The notes beneath the pieces were generated by a model, which worked only from the letters and a program-made list of their open reading frames with translations, did not search any database and had not been told where the DNA came from. DNA of 63,966 nt, the filler included, from Candidatus Babelota bacterium (GTDB lineage Bacteria > JAGOBX01), in NCBI GenBank assembly GCA_017999075.1. It is 10 parts of 10 records of this genome, joined end to end, with 100 filler letters (N's around TTAATTAATTAA, not from the genome) between each part and the next. Parts side by side here need not be neighbours in the genome. Positions count along the whole stretch, not along the records: positions 52,147 to 58,515 come from JAGOBX010000215.1; positions 58,616 to 63,966 come from JAGOBX010000281.1; 8 more parts are not named here. The stretch is one strand, 5' to 3'. Positions 52,657-61,989 of this stretch are shown in pieces (within the stretch, counting starts at the first letter, position 1; every line of letters begins with the position of its first letter). The position numbers and the translations under genes were made by a program.

Positions 52657-53268
52657 TTATTTTTTTCCGTTTACTATTAGTGTGTCTTGAAAATCAGTTT
52701 TAAGATAATTTACTTTTAAAACTTTTGTATCAATATATTTTGCAATATCTGAAATTTTTGTTGAGTTTTCAGAATGAATTTTTCCTTCTTTTTTATGATT
52801 TTCCTGAATAATAGCAAAACCTTTTTCAGAAAAATCACTGATAATAAACTTCCCTGAAGATTTTAAAATTCTTAATACTTCATCAACAAAAAGAAAAGGA
52901 TTTTCAAGATGATGCAGCATTCCAACCGAAAATATAATATCAAAAGAATCATCTGGGAAAAACATTTTTTCAGCGTCCATCGCTTTTAATTCAACATTTT
53001 TCTCAAGATTATAATATTGTAAATTCATATACGCATATTCTAATTCTTCAGTTGAACTGTCAATTGCTGTAAAATTGAATCCTTGTTTTGCAAGTTCTAT
53101 TGTAAAATAACCCTTGCCTGTGCCTATTTCAAGAATATTTCCTTCAATTGGTTTAGATATACTTATTATTTTCTTACGCTCTTTGATAAAATCCAATCCA
53201 TAATTCTTAAATAAATTCATTCGTTCAATATAAATGTTATGATTATCTTTAATTTTTTTGTTAACCAT
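52657..53268 (-). CDS. Class I SAM-dependent methyltransferase
   Basis: ILEIGTGKG, DAEKMFFPDDSFD, MLHH and VLRILKSSG. Start at ATG 53268 is inferred. Confidence 0.88.
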   Translation of the reverse strand: MVNKKIKDNHNIYIERMNLFKNYGLDFIKERKKIISISKPIEGNILEIGTGKGYFTIELAKQGFNFTAIDSSTEELEYAYMNLQYYNLEKNVELKAMDAEKMFFPDDSFDIIFSVGMLHHLENPFLFVDEVLRILKSSGKFIISDFSEKGFAIIQENHKKEGKIHSENSTKISDIAKYIDTKVLKVNYLKTDFQDTLIVNGKK

Positions 53269-53282
53269 TATATATACCTGTC

Positions 53283-53372
53283 TTAAAATTTTATTGAACA
53301 TTTAGAATGATACGCAATACCCATTCTATCCATTTCAGTATATCTAACAACAATATGTGTCCGTGTTTCCAT
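53283..53372 (-). pseudogene. Truncated YbgC/4HBT-family acyl-CoA thioesterase remnant (29 aa)
   Basis: METRTHIVVRYTEMDRMGIAYHSKCSIKF* matches the family N-terminal motif VRYxETDxMGxVYHxNY and then stops. Confidence 0.65.
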
Positions 53373-53556
53373 CGACGATCATCTCTTTTTTTAATCATAA
53401 TTGACTTTTTATATTATTTTAGTAACATACTGCTAATGGGGCGATTAGACTCGGAGAAAAAAATTGAATATTAAATATTCAATCGCCGTTTTCCTTTGGG
53501 ACTAACCGCCTTTAAAAAAATAAACCAATTTAAAAATCCGCTGAATTCAAAAAAAT

Positions 53557-53913
53557 TTATTTATCAGCTTTTTCAGATTCGAGTTTTTCCAACCGCTTGG
53601 TTACTGCTTCTAAAGATTGTTTAAGAAACTCCGCTTCACTTTTCAAATAATTCTTTTCAGTGTCAGCTTTTTGAATTCCATACGAATTTTCAAAATTCTG
53701 CATTCCTGCTAATCTTTGACGGCCATTTCCATTAAAATTTCTGAAACCCCTGCCAGCGCCAGCTCCGCCTCTGCCGCGGCGGCAACCAAAAATTCTTTTT
53801 TCAGATGTAATAAAATTCATAGAATTTTCATCGACAACACCAGAACAAAAACCAAATCCTCTGCCAGTCATTGGGCCTGCGCCCATCGGACCAGTCCCAT
53901 CTCTGTAAGCCAT
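53557..53913 (-). CDS. DUF5320 family protein
   Basis: MAYRDGTGPMGAGPMTGRGFGFC, Gly/Arg-rich middle and C-terminal coiled coil; GGAGGTG RBS. Confidence 0.88.
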   Translation of the reverse strand: MAYRDGTGPMGAGPMTGRGFGFCSGVVDENSMNFITSEKRIFGCRRGRGGAGAGRGFRNFNGNGRQRLAGMQNFENSYGIQKADTEKNYLKSEAEFLKQSLEAVTKRLEKLESEKADK

Positions 53914-53951
53914 TTTATTCACCTCCTTTTCGCTAAAATTTAATATTCATT

Positions 53952-53968
53952 TTGATAATCATTGTAAT
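53952..53968. promoter_or_regulatory. Possible second Fur box upstream of the DUF5320 gene
   Basis: TTGATAATCATTGTAA resembles the TGATAATnATTATCA 7-1-7 consensus. Confidence 0.5.
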
Positions 53969-54018
53969 GCTTATTAACTTGTAAAAAAACACCTTTTTCT
54001 AATAGTTCACATTTTTTG

Positions 54019-54492
54019 TCACTGTTTTTCTCTTTTTATTCTGCATTTCTCACATAATCCCTGAAATTGAATTAAATGACTCATTATTTTAAAATTATGT
54101 TTTTCGGATAATTCTTTTTCAACTTTTTTCAGCAACTGTATTTCTTCATCAATAAAATCATTGTAGTTTATTATAAGTCCGCATTTACAACAAATCAGAT
54201 GATGATGATGATCTTTGCTTTCTGTTTCAAATGCAAGTTCATATCTTGATTTGCCATCGCCAATATCAAATTTATTCAGAATACCGTTTTGTACCATAAG
54301 TTCTAGAGTTCTATAAACAGTTGTTAAACCAATATCCTGTGACTTGTTTTTTAATGCGAAATAAATATCTTCTACAGTCAAATGTTTACAATTTTTTGAA
54401 AGATATTCTAAAATCATTTCGCGCGGTTTTGTCATTTTGCATCCGCAGTTTTTCAGCATTCCGCGCCACCCTAAATGTTTTTTGCATCCCAT
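54019..54492 (-). CDS. Fur family transcriptional regulator
   Basis: MTKPREMIL, IGLTTVYRTL, HHHHLICCKCG and FQGLCEKC. Confidence 0.93.
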   Translation of the reverse strand: MGCKKHLGWRGMLKNCGCKMTKPREMILEYLSKNCKHLTVEDIYFALKNKSQDIGLTTVYRTLELMVQNGILNKFDIGDGKSRYELAFETESKDHHHHLICCKCGLIINYNDFIDEEIQLLKKVEKELSEKHNFKIMSHLIQFQGLCEKCRIKREKQ

Positions 54493-54508
54493 ATGCCCTC
54501 CTTAAAGA

Positions 54509-54561
54509 AATTGAAAATCATTTTCAATTAATAATATACTAATAAAATTCTGTTTTGTCAA
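54509..54561 (-). promoter_or_regulatory. Sigma70 promoter with overlapping Fur-box-like palindrome (autoregulation)
   Basis: TTGACA(54561-54556)-17-TATATT(54538-54533), then the perfect palindrome AATTGAAAAT-C-ATTTTCAATT at 54509-54529. Confidence 0.8.
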
Positions 54562-54633
54562 GAAATGGTTTTGTTTTTGCAAAAAAATAATTTTAGAAAA
54601 ATTGAATGTAATTAATGTTAAGGAATGTCCCCT

Positions 54634-55869
54634 TTACAAAAAATCAAGAGAATCAGCACTGGCATTGTTTTTGGTATCGTTATTATTTCCTGAATTCTGT
54701 GCAGAAATATTTATGTCCTTGCAGCGTTGGGCAGTAAGTTTTTTTTCTTTTTCAAGAGGAATCAAGAGATCAAGGAGTTTTAATTCATCGCCGCTTGCAG
54801 AACTCATATACGCCCATTTTACAGCGCGGGTTACAGCTACAAATAATAAACGCTTCTGATACTCAATATCAGGAACCTTTTCGGTAAAACTTTTTTCATA
54901 TAAAAACGGCATTAAAACCGTATCAAAAGATAATCCCTTAACGCTGTGATATGATAGGATTTTAATTCTGTTTCCGCTGAAATCTATATCCTTGCCGGAT
55001 TCTACAGGAAATCCTTCTTTCTGTAAAAGTGTTTTCAATTCGTCAATCATAGAATTTCGAAGAATGATTACCCCTATTTTTTCGCCTTTTGTTAATCTTA
55101 TTTTTAAAATTGATTTCAACCGTTCCAATTCATCGGCGTAATCCTTGGCAATATACAGCAGAGGCAATTCCTTTTCTGCCTGCGGAATTCTGACCTGATT
55201 AAGATATTGTGTTTTTTCCATCTGGTCATCTATTAGTTCAGCAGCAAGAGATGCAATATACGGACAGCATCGGTATGCTTCAAGCAAGGATATGTTTGAA
55301 CGCCGTAACCCAAGCTTATCGAGTATCTCCTGTTCATTCATACCTGTATCGAAAATCTGCTGTTTATAATCCATACATACTGTAATATGCTTGGCAATTT
55401 TTGTAAACAATGAAAATGCGTGAGTATCCAAGTCCTGCCCCTCGTCAACTAATACAGCATCATATATATTCTTAATATTATTGCCTTGAATTGATTCTGA
55501 AACTGCTTTTCTTATAGCAGCGAAATCAGGACAGTTTTCGCCTTCCCTAATCGGAAGATTCGGCGAAATATAACGCAAATAATTAGAATAGCACCACGAA
55601 TCAAAAGTTGTAACGCAGTTCAGCGGTAAATCAAGTAATTCAAGCGCTGACTTGATATAAAACTTTAATGTGTTAGTGAAAACAAAAATATGAAGCCTTT
55701 TCCTTGAAATATTGTATGCGTCAATAAGATGTCTTGCCCGATGAAGCAGAATCTGCGTCTTCCCTGAACCCGGCGGTCCTAATATAACGCGATGTGTGTT
55801 CATAGGCATTTCTATTGCACGTATCTGTTCGTTCGATAATTCATTTCGCGGCAGCAGCCATACGCTCAT
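54634..55869 (-). CDS. Compact superfamily I (UvrD-like) helicase
   Basis: Q motif LSNEQ, GPPGSGKT, VFTNTL, TTFDSW, VLVDEGQD, DYKQQIF, EAYR, HSVKGLSFD and LFVAVTRA; only 411 aa. Confidence 0.88.
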   Translation of the reverse strand: MSVWLLPRNELSNEQIRAIEMPMNTHRVILGPPGSGKTQILLHRARHLIDAYNISRKRLHIFVFTNTLKFYIKSALELLDLPLNCVTTFDSWCYSNYLRYISPNLPIREGENCPDFAAIRKAVSESIQGNNIKNIYDAVLVDEGQDLDTHAFSLFTKIAKHITVCMDYKQQIFDTGMNEQEILDKLGLRRSNISLLEAYRCCPYIASLAAELIDDQMEKTQYLNQVRIPQAEKELPLLYIAKDYADELERLKSILKIRLTKGEKIGVIILRNSMIDELKTLLQKEGFPVESGKDIDFSGNRIKILSYHSVKGLSFDTVLMPFLYEKSFTEKVPDIEYQKRLLFVAVTRAVKWAYMSSASGDELKLLDLLIPLEKEKKLTAQRCKDINISAQNSGNNNDTKNNASADSLDFL

Positions 55870-55870
55870 A

Positions 55871-58270
55871 TCATTTTTCCTTATTTTTCATTGCCGGCAG
55901 TTTACCATATTCAATGTTCATTTTATCATTTGCCGCAGTATTTCGTCTTATAAGTTCAATATTTACCTTTTCAATTTCTGCTGTATTGCCTGCCATTGAA
56001 AGGGCTATTTTATACCAGCCGAGCTCCCAATTGCTCTGCAATGGAATTTCAGAAAATGTTTCAAGTGCTTTCTGCAAATATTTATCTTTATTTGAAATGC
56101 GCGATGCGTTTTTAGATTCAAGCATAGCAATATATGTGTAATATGCCGGCTGCGGGTCTTTATCAATAACTTGATACATTATATCCATTGCTTCATTAAT
56201 TTTGTTCTGCTTCTCTTTTGATAATGCAAGATTGAATAACGGGCCAAGCCAGTCTGAAAATTTTGCCGCTTCTCTATAATATTTTTCTTCATTTCTGTAA
56301 TCGCCCAGTTCGCCTGAAATAATCCCCATTGTATTAAGCATACTGACGTCAGGATTGCTTAATCTGCGTAACGCCTGGCGATAGTATTCAATAGATTTTT
56401 CTTTCTGGCCTAAATCCCTGTATAATTCAGCAATTTCAATTATTTTATCTGCAATTTTATTTTTTTGAAATTTATTAGAACGCAACACTTCTTCAAGTTC
56501 CATAATTTTTATGCGTTTTTTATTGGGATTTACAATATTGGTCAGCGGATTTTCAATTGATAAAACAAATTCTTGTTTTTCAAATCCATTATCTATTTTT
56601 AAATTCATTTCCAATGCCTGATTTTCATTATATCTGTATTCAAGAAAAATCGGTTCACCTTGAACAATCGGCACATCAATAGGCCATTTGGCTGAAATTA
56701 ATTTTCTATTGTCGGAAGTTGCAGCAATTTCAATCAGTAATTCGAAATTATCAATAAGATTTGTTTCCGGCACCGCAAGATTTGAATATTTAATAAATGA
56801 ATTATCCTGCGGATACGGCAGAGGAGCATTTTGCGGTATCAGTTCTGCAAGCCCTGATTCTGTCCGGATTGATATTCCATCAAAGCAAACCGGTTTTATA
56901 AGACTTTCTCCGAATAATTTTAAAAACAACGAATGATATGCCGCGCCGCGTGCTACTGCTGTCTGTATATCATCGCTGTTTGCATAAGTAAGAATTTGAG
57001 AGTTTATAAAATGTTTTTTTACTGCATCAACAATCTGTGGTATAAGACTGCTGCCTCCCACAAGCAGGCAGTAATCAATTTTTGACGAGTTCAGTCCGCA
57101 TCTGTCGAGCGCATCCGTTATAGGAGCAAAAATAGAACAGGACATTCTGTATTCAGTTTCTTTGACATACAAAAAATCAGTATCTAAAAACTGCTCCAAT
57201 ACTTTCTCAAATTCTTCTGCAGACATTTTAGGAGAAGTCAAAGTTTTCTGTTCACCGAACAATTTACAGGTATAAACTCCAGGCTGAACTTTAATAATTT
57301 TTGATTTATCTGAATCATTATATTTATTAAATCCAATCAGCCGGGATATTTCTCTGCAAAGCCCTATTTTCAATTGTTCTGCAACATTCATAAAAGCAGG
57401 ACCAATAATATTTTTCTTCTCATTGAATGTTAAACCGTATGAATTCAAATTATTTTCTATCAAGAATTGCGGCAGCAGAATTTCATATAAAATCGCAGCA
57501 TCAATATCTCCTCCGCCAAGCCTGTGATATCTCGAAACAGATAACGGCATTATTTTTATATGTTTGTCTTCGGTTTCTTTCTGTATCTGGAAAACTGCAA
57601 CATCGCAGGTGCCTCCGCCGAAATCAAAGACAAGCAGATTTGATTTCCCTCTGATTTGCGAAAAAAGTTTATTATCATATCCTATAATATAGTCAAGAAA
57701 TGCCGCGACAGGTTCGTCAAGCAGATTGCCGCCCATTGTTTTTATCCCTGCAATTTCTGCGGCTTTTAAAGTATCCCGACGCTGCGCCAACTGAAATGAA
57801 GCGGGGACTGTTATGACTGTATTATTAATATTATGGCTGGACTGTTTTGTTTCCTGAAGCATATATTTTAAAAGTTTGCCGGCAATTTCCGCAGGAGATT
57901 TAAAACCTTCCTGAGCCATATGATAAGTTCGGTTTGTACCGATTTCGTTTTTACATTCATAGAATAAATTTTTATTCTGAACAATACCATATTCTGATGA
58001 TAAAGCCCTTAAACGTTTTGCGCCTTCGCCTATGAAAATTTTATTCTGATATTCGGTAATCATTGACGGCAATAATATGTTGCTATACATTCCTTCAAGT
58101 GTTTCCTGCTGTATTTCAACGCATTCTGCAGCAGGAATTTCGGACATTCCATTTTTCCAGCAGATTTCAGCGACTGTTGAATTAGTTGTTCCCAAATCAA
58201 TTCCAACAACGAGCAACTCCTTAATATCAGTTTTAATTTTGTTTTTATCGAATAATTCAAATATGTTCAT
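55871..58270 (-). CDS. Atypical Hsp70-family protein with C-terminal TPR repeats
   Basis: GIDLGTTNS, ITVPASF...QRRDTLKAA, LLDEPVAA, VFDFGGGTCD, LGGGDID and LVGGSSLIP; C-terminal TPR-like helices (IAELYRDLGQKEKSIEYYRQAL, MGIISGELGDYRNEEKYYREA). Start at ATG 58270 is inferred. Confidence 0.88.
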   Translation of the reverse strand: MNIFELFDKNKIKTDIKELLVVGIDLGTTNSTVAEICWKNGMSEIPAAECVEIQQETLEGMYSNILLPSMITEYQNKIFIGEGAKRLRALSSEYGIVQNKNLFYECKNEIGTNRTYHMAQEGFKSPAEIAGKLLKYMLQETKQSSHNINNTVITVPASFQLAQRRDTLKAAEIAGIKTMGGNLLDEPVAAFLDYIIGYDNKLFSQIRGKSNLLVFDFGGGTCDVAVFQIQKETEDKHIKIMPLSVSRYHRLGGGDIDAAILYEILLPQFLIENNLNSYGLTFNEKKNIIGPAFMNVAEQLKIGLCREISRLIGFNKYNDSDKSKIIKVQPGVYTCKLFGEQKTLTSPKMSAEEFEKVLEQFLDTDFLYVKETEYRMSCSIFAPITDALDRCGLNSSKIDYCLLVGGSSLIPQIVDAVKKHFINSQILTYANSDDIQTAVARGAAYHSLFLKLFGESLIKPVCFDGISIRTESGLAELIPQNAPLPYPQDNSFIKYSNLAVPETNLIDNFELLIEIAATSDNRKLISAKWPIDVPIVQGEPIFLEYRYNENQALEMNLKIDNGFEKQEFVLSIENPLTNIVNPNKKRIKIMELEEVLRSNKFQKNKIADKIIEIAELYRDLGQKEKSIEYYRQALRRLSNPDVSMLNTMGIISGELGDYRNEEKYYREAAKFSDWLGPLFNLALSKEKQNKINEAMDIMYQVIDKDPQPAYYTYIAMLESKNASRISNKDKYLQKALETFSEIPLQSNWELGWYKIALSMAGNTAEIEKVNIELIRRNTAANDKMNIEYGKLPAMKNKEK

Positions 58271-58324
58271 AATATGGCATCCTGTTTTCAAATATTTTTT
58301 ATTAATTCCGAATAAAAAATAAAT

Positions 58325-58377
58325 GTTTTGTGAAGTTTTATAAAACATTAATAATGTTTATTAAAACTTCTAAAAAC
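58325..58377. promoter_or_regulatory. Long imperfect palindrome upstream of the Hsp70-TPR gene (operator candidate)
   Basis: gaagttttataaaacatta-a-taatgtttattaaaacttc (58332-58370), with weaker complementary flanks. Confidence 0.55.
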
Positions 58378-58735
58378 CCGAAAAATGCTGTGAATTTTGA
58401 ATGCAATTTTCAAGTTAAATAATTATAAATGAAATTCAGGAAATGTCTAACAGAAATTAAAGTTTGACCAAAATACATATTTTAAAAATTAAAAATACTT
58501 TTGACATAAAAAAAANNNNNNNNNNNNNNNNNNNNNNNNNNNNNNNNNNNNNNNNNNNNTTAATTAATTAANNNNNNNNNNNNNNNNNNNNNNNNNNNNN
58601 NNNNNNNNNNNNNNNCTTCTATGCTGTACCCGCTGATTTTGTTTTTCATAATATTTATTCCTGCAGGATCAACCTCCAGAGAATATAAATATTTTATTAT
58701 ATTTTCTTCTAAATTAAATTTTATAATTTTACTTA

Positions 58736-59299
58736 TCATATTTTTTTTCTTAATAATTCAAAAGCTTCCGTTCTTATTCTTGAATCGGATCTGAATACTC
58801 CCCGCAGCGCTGAAGTGGCGGTGATAGTTCCGGGTTTTTTTATGCCTCTTATTGTCATGCATAAATGTTCTGCTTCTATGATAACTAAAACACCTTTTGG
58901 TTTTAACGACTCCATAAGAGTATTTGCAATCTGAGTAGTAAGCCGTTCCTGCAATTGAGGTCTTTTTGAAATTATGTCAATAACTCTTGCTAATTTACTT
59001 ATGCCGGTTATAACTGAATCATTTGGAATATAAGCTACTGTAGCAGTTCCGATGAATGGCAGCAAATGATGCTCGCAGAACGAAAAAAACGGAATGTCTT
59101 TAACCATTACAAGTTCTTCATATTTTTCTTCTTTGAAAATTTTAATAACATCTGCCGGATTTTTTTTCAGGCCGCTGAAAACTTCCTGATACATTTTTGC
59201 CACGCGTTCAGGAGTTCCTGATAATCCTTCTCTGGTGATGTCTTCGTCAATTCCTTCAAGAATTAATTTAACGCCTTGTTTTATTTTTTCAATATCCAT
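58736..59299 (-). CDS. folE: GTP cyclohydrolase I
   Basis: [34 protein letters not shown] and [11 protein letters not shown]. Confidence 0.97.
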   Translation of the reverse strand: MDIEKIKQGVKLILEGIDEDITREGLSGTPERVAKMYQEVFSGLKKNPADVIKIFKEEKYEELVMVKDIPFFSFCEHHLLPFIGTATVAYIPNDSVITGISKLARVIDIISKRPQLQERLTTQIANTLMESLKPKGVLVIIEAEHLCMTIRGIKKPGTITATSALRGVFRSDSRIRTEAFELLRKKI

Positions 59300-59347
59300 A
59301 ACTCTTTCAAAAAAATAATTAAATTTTATAAATAAAATATATACTTA

Positions 59348-61720
59348 TTATTCTCTTTTTTTATCGTTAACTTTTGTAACAAGCCCATCCAGAATTTTTG
59401 CAGCTTGTTCTTCTTTAGTGGGCTCTATAAACAAAATTTTTGTTCTACGGTTTTTTGCTCTGCCTTCTGCAGTGGCATTATCTCCGATCGGGTCCGAATC
59501 GCCTTTTCCTATAGCAGCAACAATTGACGAATTTATATTACATTCGTTTATTAAAAATTGTTTAACTGTATCAGCCCGTTTTTGAGATAATGTTTTATTA
59601 GCTTCAATTGCCCCTAAACTGTCAGTATATCCTATAATTTCAATTCGCGGTTGTTTTTTTTCGTATTTTTTGGGATCAGACTCGATTTTTTCTTTTATTA
59701 TTTTTCCGATTTTTAATAATGCCGATTTTGCATCTTCGGTTAAAATTGATTCAAGGGAATTGAACATCATTCCTGCTATTGTAAATGTAGAAATGTTATC
59801 TGCAGTCATCATTCCTATAGGAATTCCATTGCTTCTTTCTGATTGCAGCGCATTTACTGCTTCAATGTTTTCTCCTCTTATTAGCGCTCTTACTTCGTCT
59901 CCTTCGATAGTTTCTTTTAAAAGAAGTATCTCGGCTATTTTATCTAAGGTTTCTCTGTTTTCCCTTAATATTTTTTCTGCTAAGGAATATTGTTCGAATA
60001 CAATTCTTTTGATTTCGGAATCAAGATCTATTCCTGTATTTTCACTGTGATCTTTTTGATAGGATAATTCGCGCCCGAGAAACGGGTGTTCTTCGCGTTT
60101 GCCGAATTGTACAGGACCTATTTTATCACTCATCCCCCATTCGCAAACCATTTTACGCGCAAGATGAGTTGCGCGTTCTATATCATTTGCGGCTCCTGTT
60201 GTTGGAGCTGAAAATACAAGGTTTTCTGCAGCTCTGCCTCCCATAAAAACAGCTATTTTCCCAAGTAAAATTTCTTTTGAATGACTGTGTTTTTCTTCTT
60301 CAGGAAGCTGAATGGTTGCGCCGAGCGCTCTTCCTCGCGGGATAATAGTTATTTTATGTAAAGGATCAGTTCCAGGTATCATTTCTGCAACAAGCGCGTG
60401 ACCCGCTTCATGATAAGCAGTTTCTCTTTTTTCTTTTTCTTTAATAACAAGACTTCTGCGTGCAGGGCCCATTAAAACTTTGTCTTTTGCATCTTCAAGT
60501 TCTGCCATTGTTACTACATCGAGATTTTTTCTTGCGGCAAGCAAGGCGGCTTCATTCATAAGATTTTCCAAATCAGCTCCTGAAAAACCCGGACATCCTC
60601 TGGCTATAACTTCAAGATCAATGTGTATATCAAGAGGAATTTTTTTTGAATGAACTTTCAATATACCTACTCTGCCTTTTAAATCAGGATTATCAACTAT
60701 GACATTTCTGTCAAATCTTCCCGGACGCAGCAAAGCCGGATCTAATACGTCAGGTCTGTTTGTGGCAGCGATTAAAATGACTCCTTCGTTTGTTTCAAAT
60801 CCATCCATTTCGACGAGCAGTGCGTTTAATGTCTGCTCTCTTTCGTCGTGGCCTCCGCCTAATCCTGCTCCGCGCTGCCTTCCTACTGCATCAATTTCAT
60901 CGATGAATATTATGCAAGGAGCGTGTTTTTTCCCCTGCTCAAATAAATCTCGAACCCTGCTTGCACCTACGCCAACAAACATTTCTACAAAATCAGAACC
61001 TGATATGCTTAAAAACGGAACTCCTGCTTCGCCTGCTACAGCGCGGGCAAGCAATGTTTTTCCTGTTCCTGGAGGGCCCACAACCAAAACTCCTTTTGGA
61101 ATTCTGCCTCCCAATCTCTGAAACTTTTTAGGATCTTTTAGAAAATCTATTATTTCTTCAAGTTCTTTTTTAGCTTCTTCACATCCGGCTACATCTGAAA
61201 ATGTTACCTTGGGAAGATTGCTTATAAAAAGTTTAGCTCTGCTTTTTCCGAATGAGAATGCGCCTTTTCCGCCGCCTATGATATTTCTGTAAAATATGAA
61301 CCACAGAAATAATATAAATAAGATCATAGGACCCCAGCTGAATAGAAAATTACTCCAAAAACCGGCTTCTTCCTGATGCTGATATTTTACAATTTTAATA
61401 TTTTTTTTTGATAAATCTTCAATAAATTTATAATCAATTTGAGGTATAACGCATTTGAATTTGTGGAAACCTGTTATGTCTTTGTATTCTCCAACAAGAA
61501 TTTTTTCCTGAACCGTGACTTCTGTTATAGTTATTTTGTTTGAATCGTCAAGTTTGTTTTCTTGTGATAAATCGTGTTTTCGGACAAGATCTACAAATTC
61601 GGAATAACTTAATTCCGTTATTTTTTTCCCTTCAGGCTGTTGATTAAAAGATAAAAATAAGGCTGTTATAACTAATCCCAGAAGTAACCAAAACGCAAGG
61701 TTTTTTGATGAATCTTTCAT
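59348..61720 (-). CDS. ftsH: ATP-dependent zinc metalloprotease FtsH with fused C-terminal OmpA-like domain
   Basis: Two N-terminal TM helices, [15 protein letters not shown] pore loop, [25 protein letters not shown] and HEAGH; C-terminal IEIIGYTD...NKTLSQKRA...GKG...P...N...GRAKNRR. Confidence 0.96.
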   Translation of the reverse strand: MKDSSKNLAFWLLLGLVITALFLSFNQQPEGKKITELSYSEFVDLVRKHDLSQENKLDDSNKITITEVTVQEKILVGEYKDITGFHKFKCVIPQIDYKFIEDLSKKNIKIVKYQHQEEAGFWSNFLFSWGPMILFILFLWFIFYRNIIGGGKGAFSFGKSRAKLFISNLPKVTFSDVAGCEEAKKELEEIIDFLKDPKKFQRLGGRIPKGVLVVGPPGTGKTLLARAVAGEAGVPFLSISGSDFVEMFVGVGASRVRDLFEQGKKHAPCIIFIDEIDAVGRQRGAGLGGGHDEREQTLNALLVEMDGFETNEGVILIAATNRPDVLDPALLRPGRFDRNVIVDNPDLKGRVGILKVHSKKIPLDIHIDLEVIARGCPGFSGADLENLMNEAALLAARKNLDVVTMAELEDAKDKVLMGPARRSLVIKEKEKRETAYHEAGHALVAEMIPGTDPLHKITIIPRGRALGATIQLPEEEKHSHSKEILLGKIAVFMGGRAAENLVFSAPTTGAANDIERATHLARKMVCEWGMSDKIGPVQFGKREEHPFLGRELSYQKDHSENTGIDLDSEIKRIVFEQYSLAEKILRENRETLDKIAEILLLKETIEGDEVRALIRGENIEAVNALQSERSNGIPIGMMTADNISTFTIAGMMFNSLESILTEDAKSALLKIGKIIKEKIESDPKKYEKKQPRIEIIGYTDSLGAIEANKTLSQKRADTVKQFLINECNINSSIVAAIGKGDSDPIGDNATAEGRAKNRRTKILFIEPTKEEQAAKILDGLVTKVNDKKRE

Positions 61721-61918
61721 TATCTGAAAATACTCCTATCCGCAATAAAATTTGCAGAATTAACATTAATCCGGAAATTTTCCGGGGTATAAGCGGTTTT
61801 TGTCTTTGATAAAATAAAATGAAAACCGCCAAAAAACAAATAATGCATGACACAAATAATTACATTATTCAAGGAAACGATTATAATGAATATAAAAAAA
61901 ATAGCAAGATAAAAAAAC

Positions 61919-61947
61919 TTGACTTTAAGTTATTAGTTAGATAATAT
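61919..61947 (+). promoter_or_regulatory. Sigma70-type promoter for lepA
   Basis: TTGACT-17 bp-TAATAT. Confidence 0.5.
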
Positions 61948-61989
61948 GTAACGCAATTTTTTATAAATTATAAGATATGGTTTTAAAAT

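Noticed and set aside
55871-58270. Calling this gene dnaK
   Set aside because: It lacks the typical DnaK linker/lid organisation and the grpE/dnaJ context, and has TPRs instead.
6467-58615. Regularly spaced TTAATTAATTAA repeats, and apparent clusters spanning them (e.g. NRPS next to the RM system)
   Set aside because: These are artificial contig linkers; adjacency across them has no biological meaning.
58616-58649. Start of a gene downstream of folE (MKNKISGYSIE...)
   Set aside because: Only 11 codons before the contig edge; cannot be identified.
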